A DNA stretch of 63,315 nucleotides, the filler included, from Octopus bimaculoides (taxonomy: Eukaryota): NCBI RefSeq assembly GCF_001194135.2. It is 8 parts of 8 records of this genome, joined end to end, with 100 filler letters (N's around TTAATTAATTAA, not from the genome) between each part and the next. Parts side by side here need not be neighbours in the genome. Positions count along the whole stretch, not along the records: positions 1 to 24,522 come from NC_068983.1; 7 more parts are not named here. One strand, 5' to 3'. Positions 1 through 12,500 of the stretch are shown in pieces. Each line of letters begins with the position of its first letter. The stretch's first letter is position 1. The notes beneath the pieces were generated by a model. It saw only the letters and a list, made by a program, of their open reading frames with translations. It made no database searches and was not told where the DNA came from. A program made the translations under genes and the position numbers.

Positions 1-126
1 CTGATAAATATTTAGCAGTTTGTTTTTTAACATAACAGTTTGTCTGCGATTTTTATATAATTAATTTTCATGTAATTAATATGTATTGATTGAAGAAATT
101 TTCTTTCCGTCGCTTTCTCTCCCTCC

Positions 127-180
<54 letters not shown>

Positions 181-834
181 CTGTCTCGCACACACTCATA
201 CGTGAGTATATTTTAAGTCTGCTCTGTGTGTGTGAAGTTGTTTGTATGAATACTTTTGTACGGGCTCATATATATTTATATACATGTGTGTGTTTGTGTG
301 TATACGTGTATGCACCTACCCATATTTATCTGCTCTCTCTGAACGACTATATGTCTCCGAAAGTTTTCTTTTCTTTTATATCATTCCGGTATAATTTCAT
401 GCGTAAAGTTTCATATAATTTTTTACATTCGAAAAGATTTTTCTATTAGCATCAACATTAAATTTCACCCTCCTAACGCCAGTATATTCTAAAGAGGTAA
501 TATTCCCAAATAAAGTGTACTTCATATTGAAGGCTCTGATGAAGGTACAGGATGTTGACCAGGGGCCCAAATAAGAGTTCAATAACATTATGGTAACAAT
601 ATATTTCCATATATTATTAGGTAATAAATTATGTATTATTACCTAAATGTTGCCTTTCCGGTGTTATCTCTTCGTTCGTATAACCACTCTATACTCATTT
701 AACACTGAGTCCTGGACCATATGTATATTTAGTTCTACGCAAAGTTATTATTCTGGCTATACCTAAGGGAAATAACTATCTTTGTATTTATCTATCTGTA
801 TATATATCTATCTGTATATATATANNNNNNNNNN

Positions 835-872
<38 letters not shown>

Positions 873-1810
873 GAATATATGTATATATCCGGGTGAATTA
901 TTAAACAGCCATAATGACTACAGCAGATGTACTTTGAAATACATTTTCTACTTTTGTGAAATCTATCATTTTCCGTTTAGTATTCTTCTCATCGTACAAT
1001 AATTATGAAATATCATGCAATACATGGAATGAACTCGGCATTAAGTAAACAGATTCCATTTTCTGAGTATGTAATTTTATACTTACAAATACCTGCTTTC
1101 ATGCCTTGGTTTAGACCCTCCCAATGTAATGGACAATAAAATATGAATTCATGTTATTTATGTTATTCATTATATTGTACGTCTTTATATTTCAGGATCT
1201 ACACACACAAACACACACACACACACACACATACACACACACACACACACACNNNNNNNNNNNNNNNNNNNNNNNNNNNNNNNNNNNNNNNNNNNNNNNN
1301 NNNNNNNNNNNNNNNNNNNNNNNNNNNNNNNNNNNNNNNNNNNNNNNNNNNNNNNNNNNNNNNNNNNNNNNNNNNNNNNNNNNNNNNNNNNNNNNNNNNN
1401 NNNNNNNNNNNNNNNNNNNNNNNNNNNNNNNNNNNNNNNNNNNNNNNNNNNNNNNNNNNNNNNNNNNNNNNNNNNNNNNNNNNNNNNNNNNNNNNNNNNN
1501 NNNNNNNNNNNNNNNNNNNNNNNNNNNNNNNNNNNNNNNNNNNNNNNNNNNNNNNNNNNNNNNNNNNNNNNNNNNNNNNNNNNNNNNNNNNNNNNNNNNN
1601 NNNNNNNNNNNNNNNNNNNNNNNNNNNNNNNNNNNNNNNNNNNNNNNNNNNNNNNNNNNNNNNNNNNNNNNNNNNNNNNNNNNNNNNNNNNNNNNNNNNN
1701 NNNNNNNNNNNNNNNNNNNNNNNNNNNNNNNNNNNNNNNNNNNNNNNNNNNNNNNNNNNNNNNNNNNNNNNNNNNNNNNNNNNNNNNNNNNNNNNNNNNN
1801 NNNNNNNNNN

Positions 1811-1896
<86 letters not shown>
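1811..1896. repeat. (AAT)n microsatellite
   Basis: Read directly; abuts a gap. Confidence 0.95.
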
Positions 1897-1999
1897 GCAT
1901 AATGATTTGTTTATTATCCCTTGATGGACGATACACAACAATATAATACGGGGTTACATGAAAGGCGTAGAAAATGTAAGAAACAATAATATAATATTA

Positions 2000-4300
2000 T
2001 AACAATGAATAATTCCCCAAAAGATGGAGATCAGTAAGAACTGCTTGTCAAGACTCCATAAAACAACAGTTGCTCTTACCACTAGGCCAAGGGCCCTTTC
2101 CACATCATCCTCTTTAATCATACGGGTACACGATATACTTCAAGAAGATGTGCTTCAGCTTCACGAGGATACAGCTTGGAGTGTAACCACTTATATAGAA
2201 ATGGCCCGTTCACTCGAAACATACATGCAGCATTCAAGCACATTTTAACCAAATAGCCGGCCATCAGCATTTCTCTCTCAACCTTCACTTTCCTCTGCAA
2301 GCACTGTCAGGTCAAGGATTTCATGGAATTATCCAATTTTCCGAGCTTGAATCTCTTGGGGAAGAGACCAGCCAGTTCTTTCTCGTCGACACCCAGAGAC
2401 TCCCCAAGAGAGTCGACGCACTCTTCCACCAGTCTGCCTGTATAGAAAGTCAAATTCGAACCCCACTGACCGCATTGCATGACTAACAAAACAGTATGAA
2501 CCCTCGACGATACTCTAGGAGCCAGGCACCCTGCCTTGACCTACCCTTGATCTAGGACTGCAGGTCTGGCAAAGAGATGAGCTGGGATAATCCTGTCCAC
2601 AAATGCGTTGTCCATACCTGCGCTCCATCAAGGAAGCGCTGGAGATGTGATAACCTCAATGCATGTCTTCATTTCAGTAGCCAAGTAATATGCAGCCTTC
2701 CACTCAGCGAGTAAGTGTTGACAGCGGACTGAGCGCATGACCGTTGGACGAGCGGAAGAATACGCGCTCCAATTTGGGAAGAAGTACACTGGGGCAAAGC
2801 ACGATGGTCACGAGATAATATGTAATGTCACCTCTGTCAGTCATTTAAGGATAGCTTTTCTCGGTTCATTTTGTAATGATATTGGCCACCTTTTTCATTA
2901 AGACATGCCAATTTTTCTCCACCTGCGATCTGGATGAACCAATATATCAAGCAATTTAACTGCTTCCAACCTCCAGCACCCCAAAACGTTATTACACAGC
3001 ATTCACATGCCTCTTCTGGTGCCAATTTGCAAGCCCACTGCCTTTTCCTGGTCACTCTTTGCGGCGATCAGCTACGGAAAACGGGATCGAAACTGGCCTT
3101 AGTGAAAACAGTAACCAAAAATTTGTGGCCGACCATATCGAAGGCTTTACTTTGGTTGAAATTTATCAGGCCTCACTACGTCAGTTTCTTTACTCACCTT
3201 GTCTATGATGTATCGCATTATGTGGTGGTTGTCGTATACTGATCTGCTTTGAGAATTTGCATTTTTTGCATCACTAGTCAGTTCCTCGACGACAAGCGCC
3301 AATCTCTTTGCTAACACCGTGTCCAAAAATGTTAAATCTGCATTTAACAGCGTTATGAGTCTAAAATATTGTATTTGCGCCCCCTTGTTTCAGTTCTTTC
3401 TCAGTAGTGCCACTGCACTTCGATACACAGAACGATGAATTCTCCGGTTCTGCTGCCAGTTGTGTAGATATCTACTAACACCCCGATGAACAAGTCTGGT
3501 ATATGAAAGTATAGCTCGTAGGGCAACCGTTATCATTTCCTGTACTTCTGCGGCTGTTATCGGCATTTCGCATCGTTGCTTCCCATTGCACTGATGTCCA
3601 TGCTGCGTTCTGGACTGCCATTCCTGCCAAACGGTTGGGGAAGTGATGTTCAAGTACCGCACACATCTGCTCGAGATAAAGTATCTTGCGCCTATTTAAC
3701 ACCACCAAATACCGAATTGTGGAATTGTTGCCATTTCGCGCCTCTGCCACTTGTGTCCATTGAGCGGCTCTTGTTCGCTCGCTTCGGAGAGCACGCGACT
3801 TAGTTCTGACAGTACAACCTACATGCTTAGCGTTCAAAAATTGGTTCAGGACCAATCTTGCTTCCAGCAAGTCGGTTGCGATGCCTTTACTAAGCCTCTC
3901 TTCTAAGTCTTTCTATCACTAAGCGTTTCTATCACTAATGCCTTACTAAACCGAAATCATTCTTCTATAATTCCTCTGTTGGAGGTAAATCCCAATTTGT
4001 TGTAAACGAGTGTCCTCAACATCCGCATAACTGATTAGCTAGTCTGATTTCCCTTATCCTGTTATGGCAGGTGTTACGCATTCCGCTTCCTTAAACGAGT
4101 TGCTGTCTATGAAGTCTAAGCCGACATTGCAGATTACAAATTTGTGGTCTGTGTAGCCGACAGTTTTGAAGTGGACAATGTATATTATTCTTTAAACCCC
4201 AGATAGGTCTCAGAGAATTTTTGATTTGAGCCTGCGTCTCTCGCTGCAGTCTCCTCGTTTTCATCGCAAAGCCTTTATATATAAACGTTTCTTTTCGTAG
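2000..4300 (-). mobile_element. Decayed Tx1/L1-clade LINE ORF2 (APE C-terminus, RT and C-terminal region)
   Basis: Minus-strand fragments, with stops and frameshifts: DHKFV (APE end, about 4140), ITLLNADLTFLDTVLAKRL (about 3300-3360), KAFDMVGHKFL (about 3130), QVEKNWHVLMKKVANIITK and LLPKLERVFF. Confidence 0.75.
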
Positions 4301-4959
4301 TATCTTCTTACACTAAATCTAGTGTGTGAAGAAAGATTGTTCTACCGTTCTTTGTTAACTGCATCTTAGCATGACTTAAAGCTTCTTCTGTCAGCTTGAC
4401 CTTTACTGATTTATGTGGGCTCGTGCGAAACAGTTACCAATCTACTCAGAAAAAGAAAAGGCGCTGTCGTAGTTTTATTAATGTTTGTAGTAATAGCAGT
4501 TGTAGTGGTGGTGTTGGTATTCGGGACAGTTGTGGAGGTTGTGCTTGCGACATTTTAAAATATATCGTGTTCGTTGCTGTTTTTCATGTTGCCGATGTTG
4601 TAGGCGTTGTTGCTGCGGCAACTGCCGTCTGTGCTTCATTTTCCAACCACATCAAGTGGTCGAGGGAAAACAATGTCATAGCGGTTGTTCAAACAACCTT
4701 TGCTACTCTCAATTCAGGAAGCTATATCGATATTTTTTTTGTTTTAAAATAATATATTTGAAATTTTAAATATCAAAATTCACTTTTAAAGGGTAAATTT
4801 CACCAGAGCAGCTCGTGGTGCTTGAAGCGACCTTTGAAATTTAGTTAACAGCTCAATAAAGTTTGGAACACCAACTAATAAACAACAAATGTTAAAGAAA
4901 ACTTACAGGCTACTAACAGACTCAAATAATGATAATAATATTAATAATAATATTGCCAT

Positions 4960-5830
4960 GAACTGGGAGTGTGAACTTTAGGAATGAGCAAGAGTCTCCA
5001 TAGAGTGGATGAAATCATTGCCCATATAACGAACGAATGCCCCAAAACACTACAAGTTCTGTCGACACGATCAGGTAGCGAAAGTACTACATTGGAAACT
5101 GTGTGAAAAGTAGGGGCAAGAGAGAGGCAAGACCTAATATGAGTGCAAACAGCAGAGAGTGGGGGATTCGGAGACCAGCAAAATCCTCTGGCATTTCCTA
5201 ATCCAAATAGATCTGGTGCTAGAGCATAACAGACCGGACCTAGTGGTGGTGGACAAGGTGCACCACATATGCTATATAGTTGATGTTGCATGCCCCTTTG
5301 CCCACAAATATTCAAGAAGGAAGGCGAAAAGATAGACACATACAACTATTTTAAGTACAAAATATCCTGGGTATGGAAAATAAAGAAGGTGAAGTTAGCG
5401 CCAATTATACTTGAGTCCTTGAGAGTAGTATCAGAAGGCATTAAAAGGAATATAAAGGAAATTGGAATATAGTACCCAGGAGAACTATTACAAATAAGTT
5501 TTTATTACATCGGGAACGTATTAGATAGCTGCAATACCAGGCAGGGACTCTCATGGCTTCTCATCTTAACTGATTGGAAGTGTTTTCATGTACATTGTTT
5601 AGTCTTGGCATAAACGATGGACTAGAGCAAATATTCTGCTCGATACCACATATTTGCTTGTCAGTTGTTTGCTCTTCACCTGTTCAGCATGTTTCTTAGG
5701 GTGACGATATGAGCATATCTCATCACGAGCAGAAGTACTGGGGGAGCATCATAGCCATGTGTTGAAGGAAATTCTTTGGGGTTTGCATAATTCACCTTTG
5801 ACAGCATGGGTGTTTCGTTGAACATAATTC
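4960..5830 (+). mobile_element. R4/Dong-like RLE LINE 3' part (family B): restriction-like endonuclease end plus start of a long 3' UTR
   Basis: KILWHFLIQIDLVLEHNRPDLVVVDK..CYIVDVACP..EGEKIDTY..LAPIILESL matches PD-(D/E)xK RLE motifs. It runs on into a non-coding sequence that recurs at 14353, 16774, 17423 and 26420. Confidence 0.75.
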
Positions 5831-5879
5831 CTCATCACTTAAATATAGAACTGTACAGGTCTAGGGTTACGATTATCCT

Positions 5880-7985
5880 ATATCTGATGGTGATGAGAAT
5901 TCCTCTCGAAGGCAAGATGCACTTCACACTCATCAGTGCTTACGCACCCACCATGACCTACACTCAGGGGCAGGGAGAGCTGGTCTATCAGAACCTCACC
6001 AAAGTGCTTCGGTCAGTTCCTAAAGACGACAAGCTGCTGATACTCGGAGACTTCAATGCCTGTGTAGGCAGAGATGCCCAGCCTTGGCCAGATGTCATCG
6101 GACCACATGGTATCGGACATGAAAATACAAACGGTCAACTGCTACTCACCTTCTGCGCTGAACAGAGACTCACCATCACCAATAACCGTGTACCAACTGC
6201 CTGACATTCATAAGGTTACCTGGATGCAGCCAAGGTCCAAGCATTGGCACCTGATTGACTATGTGATAACCAGGCACCGTGACATCCAGGATGTTCGCAT
6301 CACTAGGGCAATGAGTGGACCTGATTGCTGGACAGATCCCCTGCTGTTGAGGTGCAGGCTGTCCTTTTCCATTGTCAGCAGACACAGACGCCAGAAAGCT
6401 GATGTTAAAAATGAACTGGACGTCCAGAAACTCAATGAACCCAAAACAAAAGCGACCCTCATTTCCAACCTTGTGAACCAGCTTGAACATCTGCCAGCTC
6501 AGGGAAACCTTGAGAATGCTTGGGCTAACTTCCGGGATACAGAGTATCACTCGGCCAGCCTTACCGTTGGCCACACAAAACGGAAACACCAAGACTGGTT
6601 TGGCAACGGCAAGATCACCACCCTCCTCAAGGATAAGAAAGACGCCTTCACAGACTGTCTCAACGACAAAGACTCTCAAACCAAACAAGGCAGCCTCAAG
6701 AACACCAGAGGAAAGGTGAAGACTGAGCTGCGACAGATGAAAATAGCTAGTGGGAAAACAAGGCTGCAGAACTACAGCAGTATGCAGATTAGCACAATTT
6801 CAAGAAATTCTTTGTCGGCCTGAAAGACGTGCATTGCCCCACGCTAAATGCAATTGCAACTGTGTGCTCTGCCCATGGAACCCTGCTTACTGAGAAGAGC
6901 GACATGATACAGCGCTGGAGCGAACACTTCAGTCAGCTGCTAGACAGACATTCCCAGATTTACCAGCAGGCCATCTAAGACATGCCACAGCGCCCAGTCC
7001 TGGTGTCGCATGATGACCCCTTAACACAAGCAGAAATTCAGAAGGCCATGACGCAACTACATGTGGGGAAAGCATCTGGACTTGACGGAATGCACCCGAA
7101 GATCTTCAAAGAGGGAGGTGAATCTGTTGCCATCAAGTTGACTGAGCTGCTGCAGCAGTTCTGGGACGAAGGGTCAGTGCCGCAGGGCTTCAAGGATGTC
7201 AACATCGTGCATCTGTACAAGGGCAAGGAGGACAGCGCTTCATGTGACAACCACAGAGGCATCTCATTGCTGAACATCGCAGGAAAGATCATAGCCCGTG
7301 TTTTCCTGAACCGCATCACACACCACCTGCTGGACGACGTGGTCTCAGAGAGTCAGTGTGGATTTAGGAACAATCGTGGAACACGGAGATGTCTCAAATC
7401 CATTCACTGTCTCCAATGGCGTGAAGCAAGGCTGCGTGATGGCTCCCACGCTCTTCGGTGTTATGTTTGCCCCTTGTTTGCTCTTCCACACACTCTCAAA
7501 GTCTAATGCTGGTGTAATTATTCGCTATAGATGTGACCGCCCATTCTTTGACCTCAGACGTCTAAAGGCAAAAACCAAAGTCCTGGCCGACCTAGTGAGA
7601 GACTTCCTGTTTGCAGACTATTGTGCACTTGCAGTTTTGAATTAACTAGACCTGCAGGCATTTGTTACTTGTCTCGCAGAAGTAGCAAAAGCATTCGGAA
7701 TGACCATTAGCCTGCAAAAAACTGAAGTGATGCCTGCCCTCAAACAGCAGCATGGACAAAGATGTCTCCATGAGGCTTGCAAAAGCAAGAGCTTTGTTTG
7801 ACAGAATTTGGACACGTGTGTGGGCCGAACAAGGTATTAAACCTTCCACTAAGCTGGCAGTCTATAGAGCAGTCGCCATCACCTCTCTGCTGTACGGGTG
7901 TGGGATATAGACGCTGTATAGGAGGCAAATGCGAGTACTTGAACACGTCCACCTCCGCTGCTTGCGACGAATCATGGGAATTTCT
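5880..7985 (+). mobile_element. Decayed RTE-clade LINE (APE and RT) with an internal RT deletion
   Basis: TLISAYAPT, LLILGDFNACVG, WHLIDYVIT, GKASGLDG, DNHRGISLLNIAGKIIAR, ESQCGFR, NGVKQGCVMAPTLF and DFLFADYCAL; several frameshifts. Confidence 0.92.
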
Positions 7986-7989
7986 TGTT

Positions 7990-8556
7990 GGGACCCACAT
8001 ACACTGGAAGCTATGCCAACACTATGGAATAATTAGGGAAAAAGATGGGATAGGCACGCACCAGAGAGGGTCACAGAAATTGAGAAAGAAACCATACTAT
8101 GAGATATGCCAATGCACACAAATAGAGAAACTAAGGCCAATAGTCCAGAGAAAGTTGTCAGACAACATGAAGAAAAAATGCTTTCTAAGCGATGTATCAA
8201 TACTAACAGATGACAGCGTTTCTCTAAAGGAAATGGACAAACGTTCAAAATACAAAGACCTGTAAATGGAGGTAACTCGAATGTGCAGTCTAAAAACAGA
8301 AACAATTCCTATCATAGTGGGCGCATTAGGAATGAAAAAAAAATATTCAGACAAATACATAGCAAATATGCCAGGACTAACAAATATATATATAACATAC
8401 AGGAAACAGCACTACTAGGCAGTGCAAACATATCCTACGTTTAAACACTTTTCATACAGTAACCATAAGAAAATCACAGCAAATCACGGCACATACCCAA
8501 GGCACACAAAGCTGCGCTCGGTGATGCAGTGAAAGCACGTAATAAATATAAAAATA

Positions 8557-8621
<65 letters not shown>
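7990..8621 (+). mobile_element. R4/Dong-like RLE LINE 3' end (family A) with (AAT)n tail
   Basis: HIHWKLCQHYGI and IPIIVGALG motifs. The 3' UTR is shared with the copy at 14950-15680 and ends in (AAT)n at 8559-8621. Confidence 0.8.
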
Positions 8622-8622
<1 letters not shown>

Positions 8623-9654
8623 TTAAAAGGATTGATGTAACTCTTCACAGAGGTAAACAGTCAAGACGAAGAAAAAGAAGAGAAAATTTCGTTTGTAATA
8701 TACATTTTATTGGTTGAACGATATTTCGACAATAAGCCTATATTTGTCGAGTTCAAAATAAGAAGTGATAAAAATTCCAAATTATAGAACTTTAAATTCA
8801 AAGGGTGAACAAGAGCAACCAGTTGATGGCATGACATCATCAGTATTAAGTTTCAATTTTATAACAGGCGAAAAGAAAAAAGACAGAAAGAAAGACAGAA
8901 AAGAAGTGGAAAGAAAAAACAAAAGGATAAACAAGAAGAATATTTAATCAAATAGATTTGGATAGTTTCGATGATATTCTACTATCATTTTATTCATTCC
9001 TACAGACTGTGATGTTAATAACCTGCAAGCATATTTCTCATGAATTTTGAGTATTTAAAGTAAAACAGATTCAGAATATTTTCTCATAATATGCAATTTG
9101 AAGACTTTTTAAAAATTGCAGCCGTTTGATGCAAAATGTTCGGCAAGTTCTGTCGAACCACTGTCGTGTCTGATGTCATATATGAGCCCATTAAAATTTT
9201 TTTTTAATTATTCTGTTGTACAAACAGCATAAATCAAGTTGTGTTTTGTGCATTCTGCCGCGCAGAGCAAATGGTAATATCCACATGTCCCTCCATCTCT
9301 ATAAATCAGAACATTACTGTTATGATTCCCGGTGGAGTTCACTTGACTCATAAACAGGTTTTATCACTCTTGCGGCTGTTTTTCAAGGTACAACGTTGCT
9401 GAAAAAACAACGGTTTCGACTTATAACACTTCTGCATAATACCAACGATATATATTGACAGAGACTATAATCACCCGAAAACACTGATCGATACTTGTCA
9501 CATTTAGTGACACTTATAGTTTCCCTTTATGGTAAAACATTGCATACTGTCGTCTAATATTAATTTCCTGTATACACACTAGCGATTCGCTAAATCCTAC
9601 ATAGATTTTTATTGCAAAAAACATATATACTAAAAGAGAATTCAGTCTGGAATC

Positions 9655-9730
9655 TTCCGAATTCGAGCCTCACCTTACTGGTGAGGCAACGGAAATTGCC
9701 GAACTGACCGATCAGTAAAGGGAATTCTCG
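9655..9730 (+). ncRNA. Type I hammerhead-ribozyme-like fold with a variant or degenerate core
   Basis: Core CTGGTGA at 9678-9684; stem II GGCAA/TTGCC; GAA; stem III ACTGA/TCAGT with a GTA triplet; stem I CCTT/AAGG extended by GAATTC/GAATTC. Deviations from consensus are A6>G, one A missing from GAAA and an unpaired base at stem I. Confidence 0.5.
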
Positions 9731-11018
9731 ATCGGTTCTTTCGGGTGATTAATGTTCTTAACAGTATATATGTATACACGTTTTTGCTTTGTCTACAACA
9801 TTTGAGCATTTTATAGCTCTTGTTTCTAAAAATGTAGGGATTTCTAACACCCTAGTCATAGTTACTGACAATTATAGTTTTCCTTTTTGCATACACATGC
9901 TTAGGTTAATACTATCTATCTATCTATCTTTCTATCTATATGTATATACGCATTTCCTAGAAGTCGGCATCAAATATTGCCACCGTATCGCACATGGGGT
10001 CTTAGATTCCATCTATCATTTTCTACTCATTGTTCAGTGTTGGTATATGTAACATCTGTTCGTTAATACTGCCAACAGTAATCGTTGCAAATGTCATTGA
10101 CTTAGAAAACAAATCAACATTAAAAATATAACATTTCGGTGATCTGTTTGAGAAATTTGAGAGGCAATCGATCTAACAGGTAACATTTACGGAATTGGTT
10201 GGAAAATTTTTCTATGATTGACTCGGTTTCTACTTTCAGTCCACGTTTCCCATGCAGAAATATAGATCATTTTATTTTATATTATTGTTTTTTTTTTTGG
10301 TATGTATTTTCTTATTAATTTAAAAGTTAGATACCACTATTACTACTAAATTAGGTATGGCGGCTACTTGTTAGAATCGTATGCGTATCCGTTAAAGTTC
10401 TTAGCATAATTTTTTCAGTAAGTCTATTGTCAGATACTGCCAATATTAAATTTTCCTGTCATCCTTTCACCGTCGATAAAATAAGTTCCATTTGATAAAA
10501 GGGGGTTAGTGAAATCGACTAACCCCTGTCCCCCAACAGCAGGTCTTTAACCAAAATTTGTNNNNNNNNNNNNNNNNNNNNNNNNNNNNNNNNNNNNNNN
10601 NNNNNNNNNNNNNNNNNNNNNNNNNNNNNNNNNNNNNNNNNNNNNNNNNNNNNNNNNNNNNNNNNNNNNNNNNNNNNNNNNNNNNNNNNNNNNNNNNNNN
10701 NNNNNNNNNNNNNNNNNNNNNNNNNNNNNNNNNNNNNNNNNNNNNNNNNNNNNNNNNNNNNNNNNNNNNNNNNNNNNNNNNNNNNNNNNNNNNNNNNNNN
10801 NNNNNNNNNNNNNNNNNNNNNNNNNNNNNNNNNNNNNNNNNNNNNNNNNNNNNNNNNNNNNNNNNNNNNNNNNNNNNNNNNNNNNNNNNNNNNNNNNNNN
10901 NNNNNNNNNNNNNNNNNNNNNNNNNNNNNNNNNNNNNNNNNNNNNNNNNNNNNNNNNNNNNNNNNNNNNNNNNNNNNNNNNNNNNNNNNNNNNNTCCTCC
11001 TCCTTCTCCTTCTTCTTC

Positions 11019-11020
<2 letters not shown>

Positions 11021-11085
<65 letters not shown>

Positions 11086-12500
11086 AGGCTCTCGGATAGT
11101 TCATAATTGCCGGTTATTCTTTACTTGAAAGCAAGCAATAACAAATCACCAAATGTCTCAAGTAGTGCTTTCTCCTGTGACACAAAGAGACAATACTCTC
11201 TTTATAATGCGAGCTGTACGCAACAATGCTGTCTTCTGGATATGTTCGAGCCTGGCAATAGTTCCAATATATTTAATATGTTTTTTCGAAGACTTTGGAA
11301 ACTGCTCCTAATGCTCCAATTACCACCGGTACCCCCATTACATTCCTCATACCCTATAATTTCCTATTTCTTCCCACAATGAATATTATTTCTCAGTCTT
11401 TTATGTTTCCTTACAATTCACCCTCGAATCGCCTGCTATTGCAAAATCTTTGCTTCCTTTTCATCTTTATGTATAATCACGATATCTGGCCGTCTCGGCT
11501 GTATGACTTGATCGCACTGTATTTTAAAATCCTAGAGTATTTTATAATGTTCGTTTTCTGTTACTCCTCAGGCTTGTGTTCATACTACTGTTCGGCTCTC
11601 TCGACGTTTTTCTTTACCGCACAATAGCCAATGGACATATCTGGCCACATTGTCGTGTCTCCCTTTGTATTCGCGTTGTGTGAACTTACAACACTCACTA
11701 ATAATATAGCTTATCATTTCTCCCTTCTCAGTGCACATCCTACACTTTGGCGAGTCAGTGCTTTTACCATTGTGATATTGAAACTTGTTTGTTCTGAGAG
11801 CTTGTTCTAAGCGCTGCACACTAATACCTTAGTGGGCCCTTTGAAATCTCCTCTCTGCAGCCATTACCAGGTTCTAATCCAGTCAATGTCATCTTTATTC
11901 TTCAAGAACTGACAGTGCATTTTCTTTTCATGCCAAATTTTCTTCATCTGCTCGCTCTGATCTTTCTGAAATAGTGTTGGATCTACGGCTTCATTCACTT
12001 TAAAGGTTCCCTGCATTTCACTACTTGAATCATTTCTTTTTTGCTCCCCTTGGCATACCAAGTCAGGCAATTCTCCTCTTCCCTTACACAACCTGTACAC
12101 CATACCAATTCCCATCATCCTTCTTTACTCGTTACATACAATCTTGACATATCATTCTTTGGGTGTAGTTCCTTGTTTATTTTCATAGATTTTCGTGTTC
12201 TCCGGTCTATCTCTTGTAATTCATTCTTCTTCCAAGATAATATTCTGCCCCTTTTCTCAACGAAAGAACCGCTCACGTGTTAATTGCTCTTATCATAGAG
12301 TTGCAATTTAGCTTTGATTGGAGCACTAGCTGAGTTCTCCTCAAATACTCTTTCCTGTACGTTTCTTTCATCTTGTGTTCATTGATCTTATCTCTTTCCT
12401 CTCCGACTACCTTTATAGTTTCGCCTCCCTCCAGATTGATCCTATGGCACATTTGAAAATTATAACACCAATGTTCCTGATTTTTAGCCAGAAAAATCAC
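11021..12500 (-). mobile_element. R4/Dong-like LINE fragment (family C): RT C-terminus, CCHC knuckle, RLE and (AAT)n tail
   Basis: ORF-track pieces CRMCTEKGEMISYIISEC...RHDNVARYVHWLLC and YRKEYLRRTQLVLQSKLN; the tail tract lies at 11021-11094. Confidence 0.82.

Noticed and set aside
2118-2489. Short minus-strand ORFs initially suggestive of an endogenous viral protein
   Set aside because: They are collinear with upstream L1/Tx1 APE and RT motifs, so they are better explained as the LINE ORF2 C-terminus.
4788-4843. Homeodomain helix-1-like peptide RVNF/(fs)PEQLVVLEATFE
   Set aside because: It needs a frameshift, is followed by stops, and has no helix 3 (WFxNRR) or splice support; probably chance.
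10499-10528. Hairpin GGGGTTAGT-gaaatcg-ACTAACCCC as a possible Helitron 3' end
   Set aside because: No CTRR terminus at the expected distance, and a gap follows.
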